This document shows, in pieces, positions 15,396 to 27,400 of a DNA stretch of 64,000 bases. The DNA is taken from the NCBI RefSeq assembly GCF_009914755.1, contig NC_060930.1, one strand, 5' to 3'. A program made the translations under genes and the position numbers. Source of the DNA: the human T2T-CHM13v2.0 reference genome, Homo sapiens. The notes beneath the pieces are model-generated. The model did not search any database and was not told the origin of the DNA. It was given only the letters and a program-made list of their open reading frames with translations. Position 1 is the first letter of the stretch. Every line of letters begins with the position of its first letter.

Positions 15396-15748
15396 CAAAA
15401 GCAGTCCTCAGATTCAGTGCAATTCCTATCAAAATACCAATGATATTTTTCACAGAAATAGACAAAAACACCCTAAAATTTATATAAAACCAAAAAACTG
15501 TCTGAATAGCCAAAGCAATCCTGAGGAAAGAGAATAAAGCTAGAATCAGCACACAGCCTGACTTCAAAATTTATTACAATGTGATAGTAACCAAAACAGC
15601 AAGGAATTGGTAGAAAAAGCCACATAGACCAATGGACCAGCATAGAGAACCCAGAAATAAGTCCATGTATTTACAGCCAATTAATTTTTAACAAAGGCTC
15701 CAAGAACATGCTTTAGAGAAAGGACAACCTCTTCAATAAATGGTGCTG
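15396..15748 (+). mobile_element. Inverted 5' segment of the same L1MA (twin priming)
   Basis: Plus-strand ORF2 sequence AGATTCAGTGCAATTCCTATCAAAATACCAATG...CTCTTCAATAAATGGTGCTG ends at the consensus position where the minus segment begins. Confidence 0.85.
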
Positions 15749-16869
15749 ACAAGCTGCAATATTAATAGTGCATTATATTAACAGCATATTATATTAATAT
15801 CTTTAAAAGATTACTAAATTTAAAAAATGATTCCTCTACATTGCTAAAAGTTCAATACAGGAATATTTATTATATCTTCATGGTAATATAGAAATTATTG
15901 CAAGATCTATTAGAAACCCAAGAAAAAAATGGATGTAAATATAGTTCTCAAGAGCAAATCCACGTTTCTCACTGTCCCATTTGGAATAGAATTGTCGCAA
16001 GCCATGGCATCAGCTAACACCTGTGTCCTTGACATCTACCTCTCAAAGAGTATAAGGCTCTTAAAAGAAAAAACAGATACTATACCATAATACCTTACTT
16101 TATGTGTGTTTACTGCACTGATATTTAAACAGCAAAAACATAAGGAAGAGGGAGAGAAGAAGGAAAAGGAGAAAAGAAAGCTGAAGACAATAAGACATTT
16201 ACTAAAGACTTTATGGTGAATCCATACAAATTTGCACTATGTATCCATTTAGAAGATAATACAGAGATAGTCATTCATTAATCAGAAAGGCTGTTCCTAG
16301 TGTACATGGAACTATAAACAAAAATTATATACGTGGATAAATATATGAATAAAATACGTTTAAAATTATGTACAGTATATATACTTTTATAATTATGTTA
16401 TCCTGAACATTATATTTTTTCAAAGAAGACAAACTATCTGTATAATTTAAAAATAATTAAAGTGAATACAATGTTGAACTATAGGATGAAAATTAAAAAC
16501 TCAGAGTCCCTGGGAGTGTCAGGCCATTGTTATACATCCCACCATTTGGGGAACTCACCTATTTAGAGAGCTCCTGTGTCACTAGTGAATTTTAATTGTA
16601 CTTCCCCCTAAATTTGGTATGCCAATTAAGGAGAAAAGTGATATCTCAGCTTGTAATTTCTAGTAATGCTTCTAAAGTCATACATCTCCCCAGTTATACT
16701 TTATTTGGAAAAATCTAGCTTAAAACATAGGAAACATAGTTATACTTAATTTGGAAAATACTGACACTGGATCATTGAATGACAGCTCACTGACCAGTTC
16801 ATGTCATATCTCAATGTCACGGAGGACTGAAGCTAGGAGCTGACCTTCTGCACATCTCTCTAAACATTT

Positions 16870-17320
16870 CCTGTCTGTGCCACCGTGAGCTTTTAATAAC
16901 CACACCGAGAGGGGAAGAGCAGGTCACCGATGCCCTTTGTGTGTTTGTTCCTTGGGAAAGGATTTCACAGCAGGCACGTGAAAGTGGTGATTTACTGTCC
17001 ATTAAAAGGTGCTAATAAGCAGAAAGAAAAAAGTGCACCCAGTGCCTGCCCTGGCCCCTCAGCCCCGGATGTCTGCACTGTGTAGGTGCTGGGAGCTAAT
17101 GAACCTTTTTATATTGCCAGTCATAAAAAGGGCCAATGGCTCTCTCTGCAGTAATGGACTCTACAGTGAAACCTGCCTAACGGGCTTCATGAGGAGCTAT
17201 GAAAAAATCAATTGCCACATTGAGGTCAGTGTCACATGGCTTTGCAGCAGGATAATCTAGTAGAGGTCAATCCACGGCTATTTCATGAAAATTAAAAATT
17301 GGCTTTAAAACTGTGTGTTC
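16870..17320. promoter_or_regulatory. Candidate enhancer-like, repeat-free element
   Basis: No recognisable repeat; clustered TGATTTAC, GTCATAAAA, CACGTG, CCTTTGT, TGTTTGT and three AGGTCA motifs. Motif evidence only. Confidence 0.3.
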
Positions 17321-17479
17321 CCCTTAATTTTAAAAGAAGAAAAAATACACATTTCCCAGTCAATCAGTCATGGCTGTCTATATCACAAGTCAAAAACAGT
17401 AAGAAATAAAAGGACAGCAGAAATAAATAAGGAAGTTAATGATTGTTTTGCTCCCGTCTGTATAAAAACAATAATAATT

Positions 17480-17620
17480 TATATTTGCATGGTACTTTCA
17501 AGTCACTGATCATTTTTTAACAGCCTTGTGAGGTAGGAATTGTTATCTTTGTTTTACACTTGAAGCTCAAATCATTCAGCCAGGGCTGAACCTAGATTTA
17601 AACTCAGCTCTGTTATTTCT
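17480..17620 (-). mobile_element. MIR fragment
   Basis: AACAGCCTTGTGAGGTAGGAATTGTTATC...TTTTACAC...GATTTAAACTCAG. Confidence 0.55.
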
Positions 17621-18087
17621 AACTCTAACTAAGGTGTTTTTATCTTTTCTCTTTTTTTCCCCTTCTCTCATTTCAAGTACATGGTCCAAACAATATGCTC
17701 CTTTGTCTCAGGAAACATTTATGGCAGGAAAAAAAAATTAGGTGCTTGGAATCAAAGGCCTTCCTTTTCCTTGGTCCCCTCTTTGTTTCCTTCCTTCCTT
17801 TTGCTTTTTCTTAAAGCCCAGTCCCATTAAGATGACTTTGTCCCAGAGAGAGGGAGAGGTCAGGAACAACCCTGGAAGCAGAAAAAGCAGAAAATCAGAG
17901 ATTTTCCTGAGACCGGGAAAGTGTTCTGGCTAAGGCAACCTTAGCAGCATCGATGCCAATGTTTTGGAATTAAAGATATGGTTAAAAAGAGAAGTGTTGG
18001 CAAAAGGTGTCACAGAAGCTGAATAAATAAATAAATAAAGCAAACAAACCAACAAAGAAATAGAAGCAGTTATTGGAAGTAATAACG

Positions 18088-18340
18088 AAGTGGGCTGAAA
18101 AACGAAAAAGTCCACATCCTCATTCCCAGAACGTGTGGATATGACCTCACATGGCCTCACAGATCTGATTAAACCAAGGATATTGAGATGCAAGTTTATT
18201 CTGGATGATCTCCGTGGTTCCTAAATATAATCACATGTGTCAGTCTAAGAGGGAGGAAAAGAAGATTTGGGTATAGAAGAAGAGATGTGGACATGGGAAC
18301 CAGAGGATGAAGTCACGTCAGGGAGGGGTCACAGCCCTCA
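18088..18340 (+). mobile_element. MLT1C/D-type MaLR LTR fragment
   Basis: GTCCACATCCTCATTCCCAGAACGTGTGGATATG, GATTAAACCAAGGATATTGAGATG, TAATCACATGTGTC. Confidence 0.65.
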
Positions 18341-18689
18341 GGTAGACAGCAGCAATATCGCGGTGATGGTGACAGACACCTTGAGGAACAGGCAAGGCTG
18401 TGCGAATGCTGAAGTATGAGAATTTATGCTCCAAACACGTGACCTTTACAAGCACTACATAAAAATCTCGGCTGTCAAAATTGCTGATACAAGGATTTAT
18501 GTTGGAATTGTTACGTTTTTCTTGTAGAGTTGACCCTTTATCATTATGTAATGTCTATTTCTATCCCTGACGATAGTCCTCATTTTGTAGACTATTTCAT
18601 TTCAAATTGATATGACTAATCTAGCTTTATTTTGTATCCTTTTTGGGGTTTCTGTTTTGTTTTGGTTTTGATTTTTGGTTTTGCTGTGT

Positions 18690-18920
18690 CCTCATATGAG
18701 ACAGAAAGTGTGTGTGTGTGGTGTCTGTGTGTGTCTCAAAGAGAAAGAGAGAGCCTTCAAGCTCTTCTTAAGAACTAATCCCATTATGGCCCCCTTCCCC
18801 AATGACTTCATCTCACCCTAATCACCTCACAAAGGCCCACCTCTAATTACCGTCACACTGGGTATTAGAGCTTTGCCAACATATGAATTTTGTGAGAACA
18901 CAGTCAATCCGCAAAACATA
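18690..18920 (-). mobile_element. MLT1A-type LTR fragment
   Basis: ACTAATCCCATT...CTAATCACCTCACAAAGGCCCACCTCTAATTACC...CAACATATGAATTTTG. Confidence 0.65.
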
Positions 18921-18924
18921 ATAG

Positions 18925-19930
18925 CTTTTCAAAAATTTCACATCTGATATTTCCAGCATTTCTGTCACATCTGAGATGGATTCTGATGATTGTTGTATCT
19001 CCTCAGACTGTGTTTTTGCTTGCCTGTTGTTGCGCCTCATAACTTTTTGCCTCCAACTGGGCACGTTTTGTCACACAATAGCTACTGAAGCATTTTTTTT
19101 TAATGCTTAGATATAAGCACGTCTTTTCTTATGAGTTACATCTTTCTGCTTAGCATTAGCCATTTCCTTTGCTCTGCTATCGAGAGAGACTGTCCCTGCA
19201 GCTCTTCCAGCTCTATTCCGCGCGATTTATTCTTAACACTTCTTTGGGTGGTACTAGACTATGCAGAGGCGGCATTTTCTGGTGTTCTGTTGAAGTCTCA
19301 CTCTTAAGCAGATGCTGTGATTCTGGGTCTGAGGGTGTGGTCTTCACAAGCATTATAGCCCTCAGGTTTAAGTGGGGCTGCCAAGTATTTCTCCCCATCA
19401 CCCAGGGGTAGAGCATTTGTTATCTTTTTCTCTTTACCCCACCTTCAGTGGGATTTCCACCGGTGTCCTCAATCCACCGTTTTATTGCTTTTTTTTCCCC
19501 GCAGATTGAAAATGTTTCTTAGGAGAGAAGACAGAGATGGCTCTGGGCAGAATTTCTGTGGTGGTGAACATTCCCTTTCCGCAAACTGCACCAGGAGGAA
19601 GCTTTCCAGGGATTCTCCTTGATGTTCCCCTTGAGTATTTGGAGAGGCTTCTGAGAAATGCTTTGTGAAAAGGAAAGTGTGCAAAGTGCGCCTGTGAAAG
19701 TGTAAATCCCCTCCCCCACATCCGTGACCTACAGGATTTTCATCATCTCAGGATAATCCACACTCAGCTTTAGCAACTCATTGAGAGCTTCTGTCTGCAT
19801 CTTCTGACCAACTTATTTCACTGACATCTGTTCCAGTTGAGCAAATTTTGGGGTTCTGTTTGTCCCTGTGACTTCAGATCTCTGATGAATTCAAGAGAAG
19901 GTATTATTTGACCAGGGTTTTTAATGTTCT
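18925..19930 (-). mobile_element. Old L1M 5' region fragment
   Basis: CTGATATTTCCAGCATTTCTGTCACATCTGAGATGGATTCTGATGATTG resembles old L1 ORF1-start/5' UTR; boundaries approximate. Confidence 0.5.
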
Positions 19931-20872
19931 GCTGGCAGGAACAATGCCCTTGCTAATAGCACTCAATTGATCAGGACCCTCTCACTAGCAAATACCATCA
20001 GCCCCCCTCCCTTCTTGGAGTTGCCTCCTTGCTGATGCACTGACTTGACAACAACAAATGTAAGTTGGCTAAATTGTTACCAAAATATTTTGTTTTAAAT
20101 GTTATCTAGTTAAAGCAAAGGGCATCCTGTTTCTCAAAAATTATTAATTTGAATGAGAAAGACAAAAATAGTTTTTGTTTTGTTTTAATTCTGAGTCACA
20201 TATCAAATTAAGGCTACCCGACTACAGATTCAACAAAAGCCAAATCCTGTTTTATGATGTTTGGTAACACACTGTTAAACAACTGCTCATTTGATAATGA
20301 TTGTCCTTAAAACCCTTAACACCTAATGATAGAAAATTGTTGATCTTATACTGACCATTATGTAAAAATTATTCCTTTTTTATACTGATTTTATTCCTTC
20401 AAGAAATTTGTGCACCATATGTTAAGATAATGTCCCAGTGCACAAAGCAGTGCCCTATATGCCAACACAAATGAATTTGTCTCCAAAGAGGGGGCAAGAG
20501 ATTCTTCACATTGGTTTCTGCTCTAAATAAATTTATTTCTGAGGAAAACTGAATCCCATTTGAAAAACTAGCTAATAAGTTTAACGCAAACAGGAAACAA
20601 ATGTTTGTTTCCCATTGATGTTATCTCAAGGAGTTGAATTAATTATAAACTATGTATTACTCTATGTGCAGGGTTATTATTTTCTGTGTTAGGTTATAAT
20701 AAAAGGTTCAATAAATTGGAATTTCAACAAATAAGGTTTCTAATCTCGCCTCTGTCGCTGAGTTGCTGAGACAAAGAGTTGTACTCAATCTTCCTTAAGA
20801 TTCATTTTGACTCTAGACGTGATTCTAAATAGGTAAACTAACTAATAAAACCACTTATGATACACTTCATGC

Positions 20873-22129
20873 TGTGTCCGGAATTGGTGGGTTCTTGGTC
20901 TCACTGACTTCAAGAATGAAGCTCTTAAGGTAGCGCATCTAGAGTTGTTCATTCCTCCCAGTGGGTTCGTGGTCTCGCTGGCCTCAGAAGGGAAGCTGCA
21001 GACCTTCCCAGTGAGTGTTATAGCTCATAAAGTCGGTGCAAACCCAAAGAGTGACTAGCAGCAACATTTATTACAAAGAACAATCCCAGAAAACGACCCC
21101 ATCGTGTTGCCACTTCTGGCTCCGGCAGCCTGCTTTTATTCCCTTATCTGGGCCCACCCACATCCTGCTGATTGGTCCATTTTACAGAGAGCTGATTGGT
21201 CTGTTTTACAGAGAGCTGATTGGTCCGTTTTGACAGGGTGCTGATTGGTGCGTTTACAATCCCTGAGCCAGACACAAAAGTTCTCCAAGTCCCCACTAGA
21301 TTAGCTAGACGCAGAGCACTGATTGGTGCATTTACACTCCTTGAGCTAGACACAGTGTGCTGATTGGTGTATTTACAATCCTTTAGCTAGACATAAAGGT
21401 TCTCCAAGTCCCCACGAGATTAGCTAGATAGAGTGCCGATTGGTGCATTTGCAAACCTTGAGCTAGACACAGAGTGCTGATTGGTGTATTTACAATCCCT
21501 TAGCTAGACATAAAGGTTCTCCTAATCCCCACTAGACTCAGGAGCCCAGCTGGTTTCACCTAGTGGATGCCGCACAGGGCCGCAGGCCGAGCTGCCTGCC
21601 AGTCCCATGCAGTGTGCCTGCACTCCTCAGCCCTTGGGCTGTCCATGGGACCAGTCGCCGTGGATCAGGGGGCGGCGCTCGTTGGGGAGGCTCGGGCTGC
21701 GCAGTAGCCCAGGGCGGGAGGAGGCTCGGGCATGGCAGGAGGCAGGTCCCAAGCCCTGCCCGTCAGGGAGGCAGCTGAGGCCCAGCAAGAATTTGAGCGC
21801 AGCGCTGGCGGGCCAGCACTGCTGGGGGACCTGGCGCACCCTCCGCAGCTGCTGGCCCTGGTACTAAGCCCCTCACTGCCCGGGGCCACTGCCCACCCGG
21901 AACTCGTGCTGGCCCGCGAGCGCTGGGGGTTCCTGCTGGCGCCTCTCCCTCCACACCTCCCTGCAAGCAGAGGGAGCCGGCTTCGGCCTCAGCCAGCCCA
22001 GAGAGGGGCTGCCACAGTGCACTGGCGGGCTGAAGGGCTCCTCAAGCGCGGCCAGAGTGGGCACCAAGGCGAGGAGGCACCGAGAGTGAGCAAAGGCTGC
22101 GAGGACTGCCAACACACTGTCACCTCTCA
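20873..22129 (-). mobile_element. LTR12 (ERV9) solo LTR, LTR12C/D/E group
   Basis: Ends TGTGTCCGGAATTGGTGGGTTCTTGGTCTCACTGACTTCAAGAATGAAG and ...CACTGTCACCTCTCA; U3 tandem repeats; CpG-rich segment; exact 4-bp TSD ATGC. Confidence 0.96.
21134..21500 (-). promoter_or_regulatory. LTR12 promoter/enhancer: AATAAAA TATA-like box, GATA site and eight CCAAT (NF-Y) boxes
   Basis: TTTTATT at 21134-21140, CTTATCT at 21143-21149 and eight GATTGG copies between ~21170 and ~21485; established ERV9 LTR architecture. Confidence 0.75.
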
Positions 22130-22374
22130 ATGCTGAATATTGTCATGACAATAGGGCTATGGGTGAGACTAAGAGCACAATTTCTGCTAATAGCTAATGC
22201 CAGCAAAGCTGAGCATCAGCAAGTAAATGAGGCAACGTGGAAAATATGAAATTAGTTTAAAATACATGAAAATAAAATTATAAAATAAAATAAATGATAT
22301 TATTGAATGCTCATGAAGGACTTTAACCAAATAAAATGAAGAAGTGACACACTTCATGGTTGTTTCCCCAAAGT

Positions 22375-23070
22375 TTATTTTTAAATGAGATTTTAACTTT
22401 AGAACAATTTTAGATTTACAGAAAATTATAAAAATATACAGATTTTTCGTATACCTGCATCCAGTTTCTCTTATTGACATCTTAGTATGGTACATATTTT
22501 GCAATTACTGGACTGACATTAATGGATTATTAATAAGTAATAAGTGTATTAATAATCAATAATTAATATCAGTATTTTATTATTAACTAAAGGCCATATT
22601 TTATCTGACTCCCGTAGTTTTGCCTGATTTCCTTTTTCTGTCCCAGTACCCATGCAGGATGTCACATTACATTTAGTTGTCATATCTCCTTGGCCGTGAC
22701 AGTTTCTCAGGCCTTCCTTGTTTTTGATGTTCTTGACGATTTTGAAAAATACTGGTCAAGTATTGTGCACAGTGTCCCTCCATTGGGATTTGTCTGAGGT
22801 TTCCTCATCATTTTACTGGCATTGTGGGTTGGGGAGGGGAAGGCTACAGTGATAAAGTGCCAATCTAGTCACATCGTGTCACGGGTACATGCTATCCACG
22901 TGACTCATCACTGCTGATGTTGGCCTCCATCATCTGGCGGCAGTAGTGTTTGTCAGGTCTCTCCACTTTAGGGTTACTCTTTTTCCCTGTTTTCAGAGCG
23001 TATGCTTTGGAAGAAAATAACTGCGTAGCCAAGATTTAAGCAGCAAGGAGCTATGCTCTGCCCCCTTGAG
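22375..23070 (-). mobile_element. L1MC/L1MD-type 3' UTR fragment
   Basis: Same family motifs as 2775-3720 (TTATTAACTAAAGGCCATATTTTATC, GTGACAGTTTCTCAG). Confidence 0.75.
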
Positions 23071-24341
23071 GGCGTATTTCCAATGGTTTACCACTGGAGA
23101 CCATGTTTTTGGTGTTGGAAGATTCCCGGACTCTGTCATCCAGAATCAGAGTTATTTTCTACCGCTAATAGTGAAAGTATCTCATCTCATCACTAAAATA
23201 AACCTGGTTTTCATGTTTTATCATCTTTCCGAGATGCAATAGAGAATCTGTTGATGTTTGAAAGGAGAAATGAGAATCGCATGCATATAGAATTTTATGG
23301 TCAGTTAGGCGACTACTTGAGAGAAGGAACGTGGCATTATACCCCAGCCCTAAGGAGCTAAAAATGTGGCCTGCTATTGACGATAAAGGCAGAGTCCATT
23401 TCAAATCTCAAAAGCAAGCACATGGAAACTACCTCTTTGCTTAGTGTTTTCAGTGTTGTTTCAATGGGCTTTCGGATATCAGTAATATTTTGTTCTAAAA
23501 TGAAAGAACAGAACAATTCAATATTAATCTAATCTGAGACTGGTCATGCTTCACCATATGGGACTCCTTACTTGTATTTTTAGAATGTGATGTGGATATT
23601 TGATAAAAGCTAAGGCAAGTAAACCCAATTTATAAGTCTTGAAGGCCTACACTGCTGGGGTGATAAAATTAATCCACATAAATGTTCTAAGACAAAAAAG
23701 AAGACACATCCCTTCAGGAACAGATCATGAGAGGCCAAACCCTAATGCATATAGCAAAGCATTTATAATGTTATTCTGCTTTTCCTATAGTGGTTAATTA
23801 ATTCAAAGTACACTTAAAAGATTAAACATGTAGCATTTTCTTCTTGAATTACTACCTACCTTCCTCAGTTCTAAAATGCTGTGAAATATTAAACACATTT
23901 ATCTAATAATAGCTTTATCAGGGAGAAGGGAACTAGTAATTAAAATTACATATCTATATTTCATTCATTTTAAAGAAAAAATTGATCGTAAAATTTGAAT
24001 TTTTTTAAATTTTAATTGTCACAATGTGTCACAATTATTTCTTAATTTCTCCTAACAATGGCATTGTTTAAAGATAAATATGTAACCTCTAGGAAACAAT
24101 CAACATATTTTAGTTAAATTATTTGCTTCATAATTTACATTTCCTCACGAAAGTATAACAAATCTAGAATAAATGATAACCTAAATTTTAAAAATATATA
24201 ATATTTTAATGAACAAAGTAATTTCCATGTTTTGGTATTTTGTTCTGTTTTAAAGCTCTTGGAATAACATTTTTGTCTATTTGAAATATTTTGGTGAGGT
24301 TTGATGTGACATATTTTATACTTGGTAAAATATACCTCTTT

Positions 24342-24408
24342 AGGTATATTTAGGTATATTTAGGTATATTTGGGTATTAGGTATATTTGGGTATTAGGTA
24401 TATTTGGG
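24342..24408. repeat. Short iterated junction filler (AGGTATATTT x5 with GGGTATT spacers)
   Basis: Directly visible; the unit is the reverse complement of the adjacent AAATATACCT (24328-24337). Confidence 0.95.
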
Positions 24409-24409
24409 C

Positions 24410-24825
24410 TGACCCCAGCCCCGTGGCAGTCTAGCTCTGCCTTGTGTCTGTGCTGGCTCTTGGGCAGTAGGGATCTTCCTCCCCTGACCCCAGAACCAGC
24501 AGGTACTTCCCTTGTGTTGTTGCATAACCCTGGTCCTCGGAGATTTCCCTCCCTCCTCTCCCAGGGTTAGAGGTCTTTCGATTCTACCTTCCTCCCCGCT
24601 AGGGAAATCCTTGCTTGGGGCCTGGGGCAGGGAGGGTTTTACCCCCGTTCACAGCTGCAGATGTCTTTCACTTGAAGTCCTTTTGCAGAAGCAGAGAACT
24701 TGGCATGGGATCTGGAGGTTGGAGGTTTAGCTGGACAGCCCCTTAAAGTTTTCACTCCATGTAAAAAAGGCTCTGGGGAAGTGGGTGATGCTTCTCAGTC
24801 GCCCAGCAGAAGCAATGATGGCCAG
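24410..24825 (+). repeat. Recent local duplication, copy A (416 bp)
   Basis: Matches 26722-27136 with 6 differences at 5 sites by manual alignment. Confidence 0.97.
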
Positions 24826-27400
24826 TTGATGAGTAAGGACAAATGTACACAGTTGTGTAATGACCATTAATATATAGAACCATCCTAGAGCCTATGAGTA
24901 TTTATGTGCAAGTCTTTGTGGAAGCATAAGCTTTCATTTCTACTGGGCATATATTTAGGAGTAAAATTGGTGGGTCAATTAAATTTAAGAAAATTATTAA
25001 TATGGTTGGAATAAAATCTATAACTTTGCTTTGTTTTCTATTTCCCCATCTATTCTTGGTTACCTTTTCTTCTTTATCTATATTGTTTTAGATTGAATGA
25101 ATATTTTATGATTTCATTTTATCTCTAGTGGTGGATATAACGTATGAAAAATATGTGTTCACTTACCACAGTCCAACTTCAAATAATATTACACCACTTC
25201 ACAAAGAGAATAAGAAGTTTACATTTTACTTCAATTTCCTCTCCCATGCTTTGTGCTATTGTTTTCACAAATTTTACTTCTAGCTATGACACAAGTGCTT
25301 TAATAGATTGTAACTACTTTTATTTAAACAATTATCTTTGAAAGCAGCTAAAGATAACACAAACTATATTTTATGTTTATCTTTATTTTTACTGTTTCTC
25401 GTGATTTAGTGTTTAGATTCAAATCCCCACCTGCTTTCATGCTCTTCTGCCTAAATAATTTTCTTAACATTTCTTCTAGTACATGTCTACAGGTAATGGA
25501 TTATTTCACATTTCATTTCTCATCAATAGTCTACATGTTTCATCTTAATTACTGAAGGATTTTTTAGTGGGTAGAGATTTTTGAGTTGATTGTGTTTATC
25601 TCTCCTATGAGTATGTTTAAGATTTGTTCCACTGCCTTTGGTCATCCAGTGTTCCTGATTACAAAACTGCTGTAAGTCTTCCATGCCCCACTGTATGTCA
25701 GGCTCCCTTGTGCTTTGACCTCTTATCTTTGGTTTCCTAGAGTTTTCCTATGTTGTGTCCAGTTGCGGAGAGTTTTGTTTTGTTTTGTTTCATTTTTAGT
25801 AGGGAGGTTTCTGAGTTTTTTGGATCTGTGGTTCAGATTCTTTCATTAATTTCACAAAGTGTTTACTCACTAACCTTTGTGTACTCTTTTACCTCTCTCC
25901 TCCTTTTGGAATTCTAATTCCAATTATGTTAGACAATTTGGATTTGTCACATGACCCTTGGATGCTCCATTCTATTCTTTCATATTATTTTTTCTTTGTA
26001 ATTCAGCTTGAAAATTTTTATTAACCTAACCTTTAAGTATACTAATTCCTTTTTTTTAATATTCAGCCTACTGGTTAGTCATCAAATAAGTTCTTCCATC
26101 TGACATTATGGGGCTTTTTTCTAGTATTTCTATTTTATTCTTATAGTTTTCAATTTTCTGCTAAAATTCTCCATGTATTCATTTGTGTTGAACTATATAT
26201 TTCTTTCCACTGTATCTTTTAACACAATAAGCATACTTTAAAGTCCCTGTCTAATAGCTCCAATATCTGGGTCTTCTCTGAATCTTGTTCTGTTGATTGC
26301 TTTATCTCTTGGCACTTGATTTTTTTCTCCATCATTGCTTAATATCCTTCTTATAATTTTTATTGACTCTATGATACTGTATAGATTAAATGGTAGAGAC
26401 TGAAGTAAATTTTATTCATAGTCAAATATGGGCATATCTCTTCTTCTCTAAGGCCATTATGGTAGATGTTTGGCTCAGTCTCATCAGTTGAGTTGGATGT
26501 GCAGGTCACTGTTGCTTTCCTTACCTGCAAAGCACCACAGGATTTAAGTTTGTTCAGCAGTGGATTGCTGCTGCATTGTGCTTAGCAGTTGGGCCTCAGG
26601 TGACAGAGGTTTCTTGGTGTTTCAGCTCTATCATCAGCTTTCAGAAGTCCACTCTGATCTTTCCTCCATTTGGGGTAAGCCCTACCCTCAGGAGCTGCGA
26701 GCTGCACCTTCTCAGTGTTCTTGACCCCAGCCCCGTGGCAGTCTAGCTCTGCCTTGTGTCTGTGCTGGCTCTTGGGCAGTAGGGATCTTCCTCCCCAACC
26801 CCAGAACCAGCAGGTACTTCCCTTGTGTTGTTGCATAACCCTGGTCCTCGGAGATTTCCCTCCCTCCTCTCCCAGGGTTAGAGGTCTCTCGATTCTACCT
26901 TCCTCCCCGCTAGGGAAATCCTTGCTTGGGGCCTGGGGCAGGGAGGGTTTTACCCCCGTTCACAGCTGCAGATGTCTTTCACTTGAAGTCCTTTTGCAGA
27001 AGCAGAGAAATTGGCATGGGATCTGGAGGTTGGAGGTTTAGCTGGACAGCCCCTTAAAGTTTTCACTCCACGTAAAAAAGGTTCTGGGGAAGTGGGTGAT
27101 GCTTCTCAGTCGCCCAGCAGAAGCAATGATGGCCAGCATTCCTGCATTGGCCACAGCAGAGGTGCTCCTGTCTCCTGCCCTACTGGGATCTTCCTTGTCG
27201 ACACCTGATGGAGGTCTATGAGAAAGCATTTGAGAGTAAGCATGGACTCCTCTTACATCCAAAGCTTCCAATTTAAACTGTCATATTTGGCATTTAGGAA
27301 TTTGTTAAAATTGCATCTGATTTCTTCTTATCCACATATAAGTTGGTCCCCTCTTTCTCCCATGCTCTGCCAGTGCACCCTGGCTGTCCTTGGAAGGTCT
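24826..27400 (-). mobile_element. Old fragmented L1M (3' end, ORF1 and 5' UTR pieces)
   Basis: GTGCAAGTCTTTGTGGAAGCATAAGCTTTCATTTC, ORF1-like TCCAATTATGTTAGACAATTTG, 5' region AAGTCCCTGTCTAATAGCTCCAATATCTGGG. Confidence 0.6.
26722..27136 (+). repeat. Local duplication copy B (probable donor, embedded in continuous L1 5' region)
   Basis: Near-identical to 24410-24825. Confidence 0.97.

Noticed and set aside
21160-21540. Regularly spaced repeats resembling a CRISPR array
   Set aside because: These are the known U3 tandem repeats of LTR12; the intervening sequences are themselves repeated and there are no cas genes.
21560-22110. CpG island marking a gene promoter
   Set aside because: Entirely within the LTR12 U3 region.
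22375-23070. Similarity to 2775-3720 as another local duplication
   Set aside because: Both are 3' UTR pieces of the same old L1 family; the similarity is explained by independent insertions.
24340-24408. Telomerase healing (TTAGG-like repeats) or a CRISPR-like array
   Set aside because: No TTAGGG units and no unique spacers; the unit is the reverse complement of the adjacent flank.
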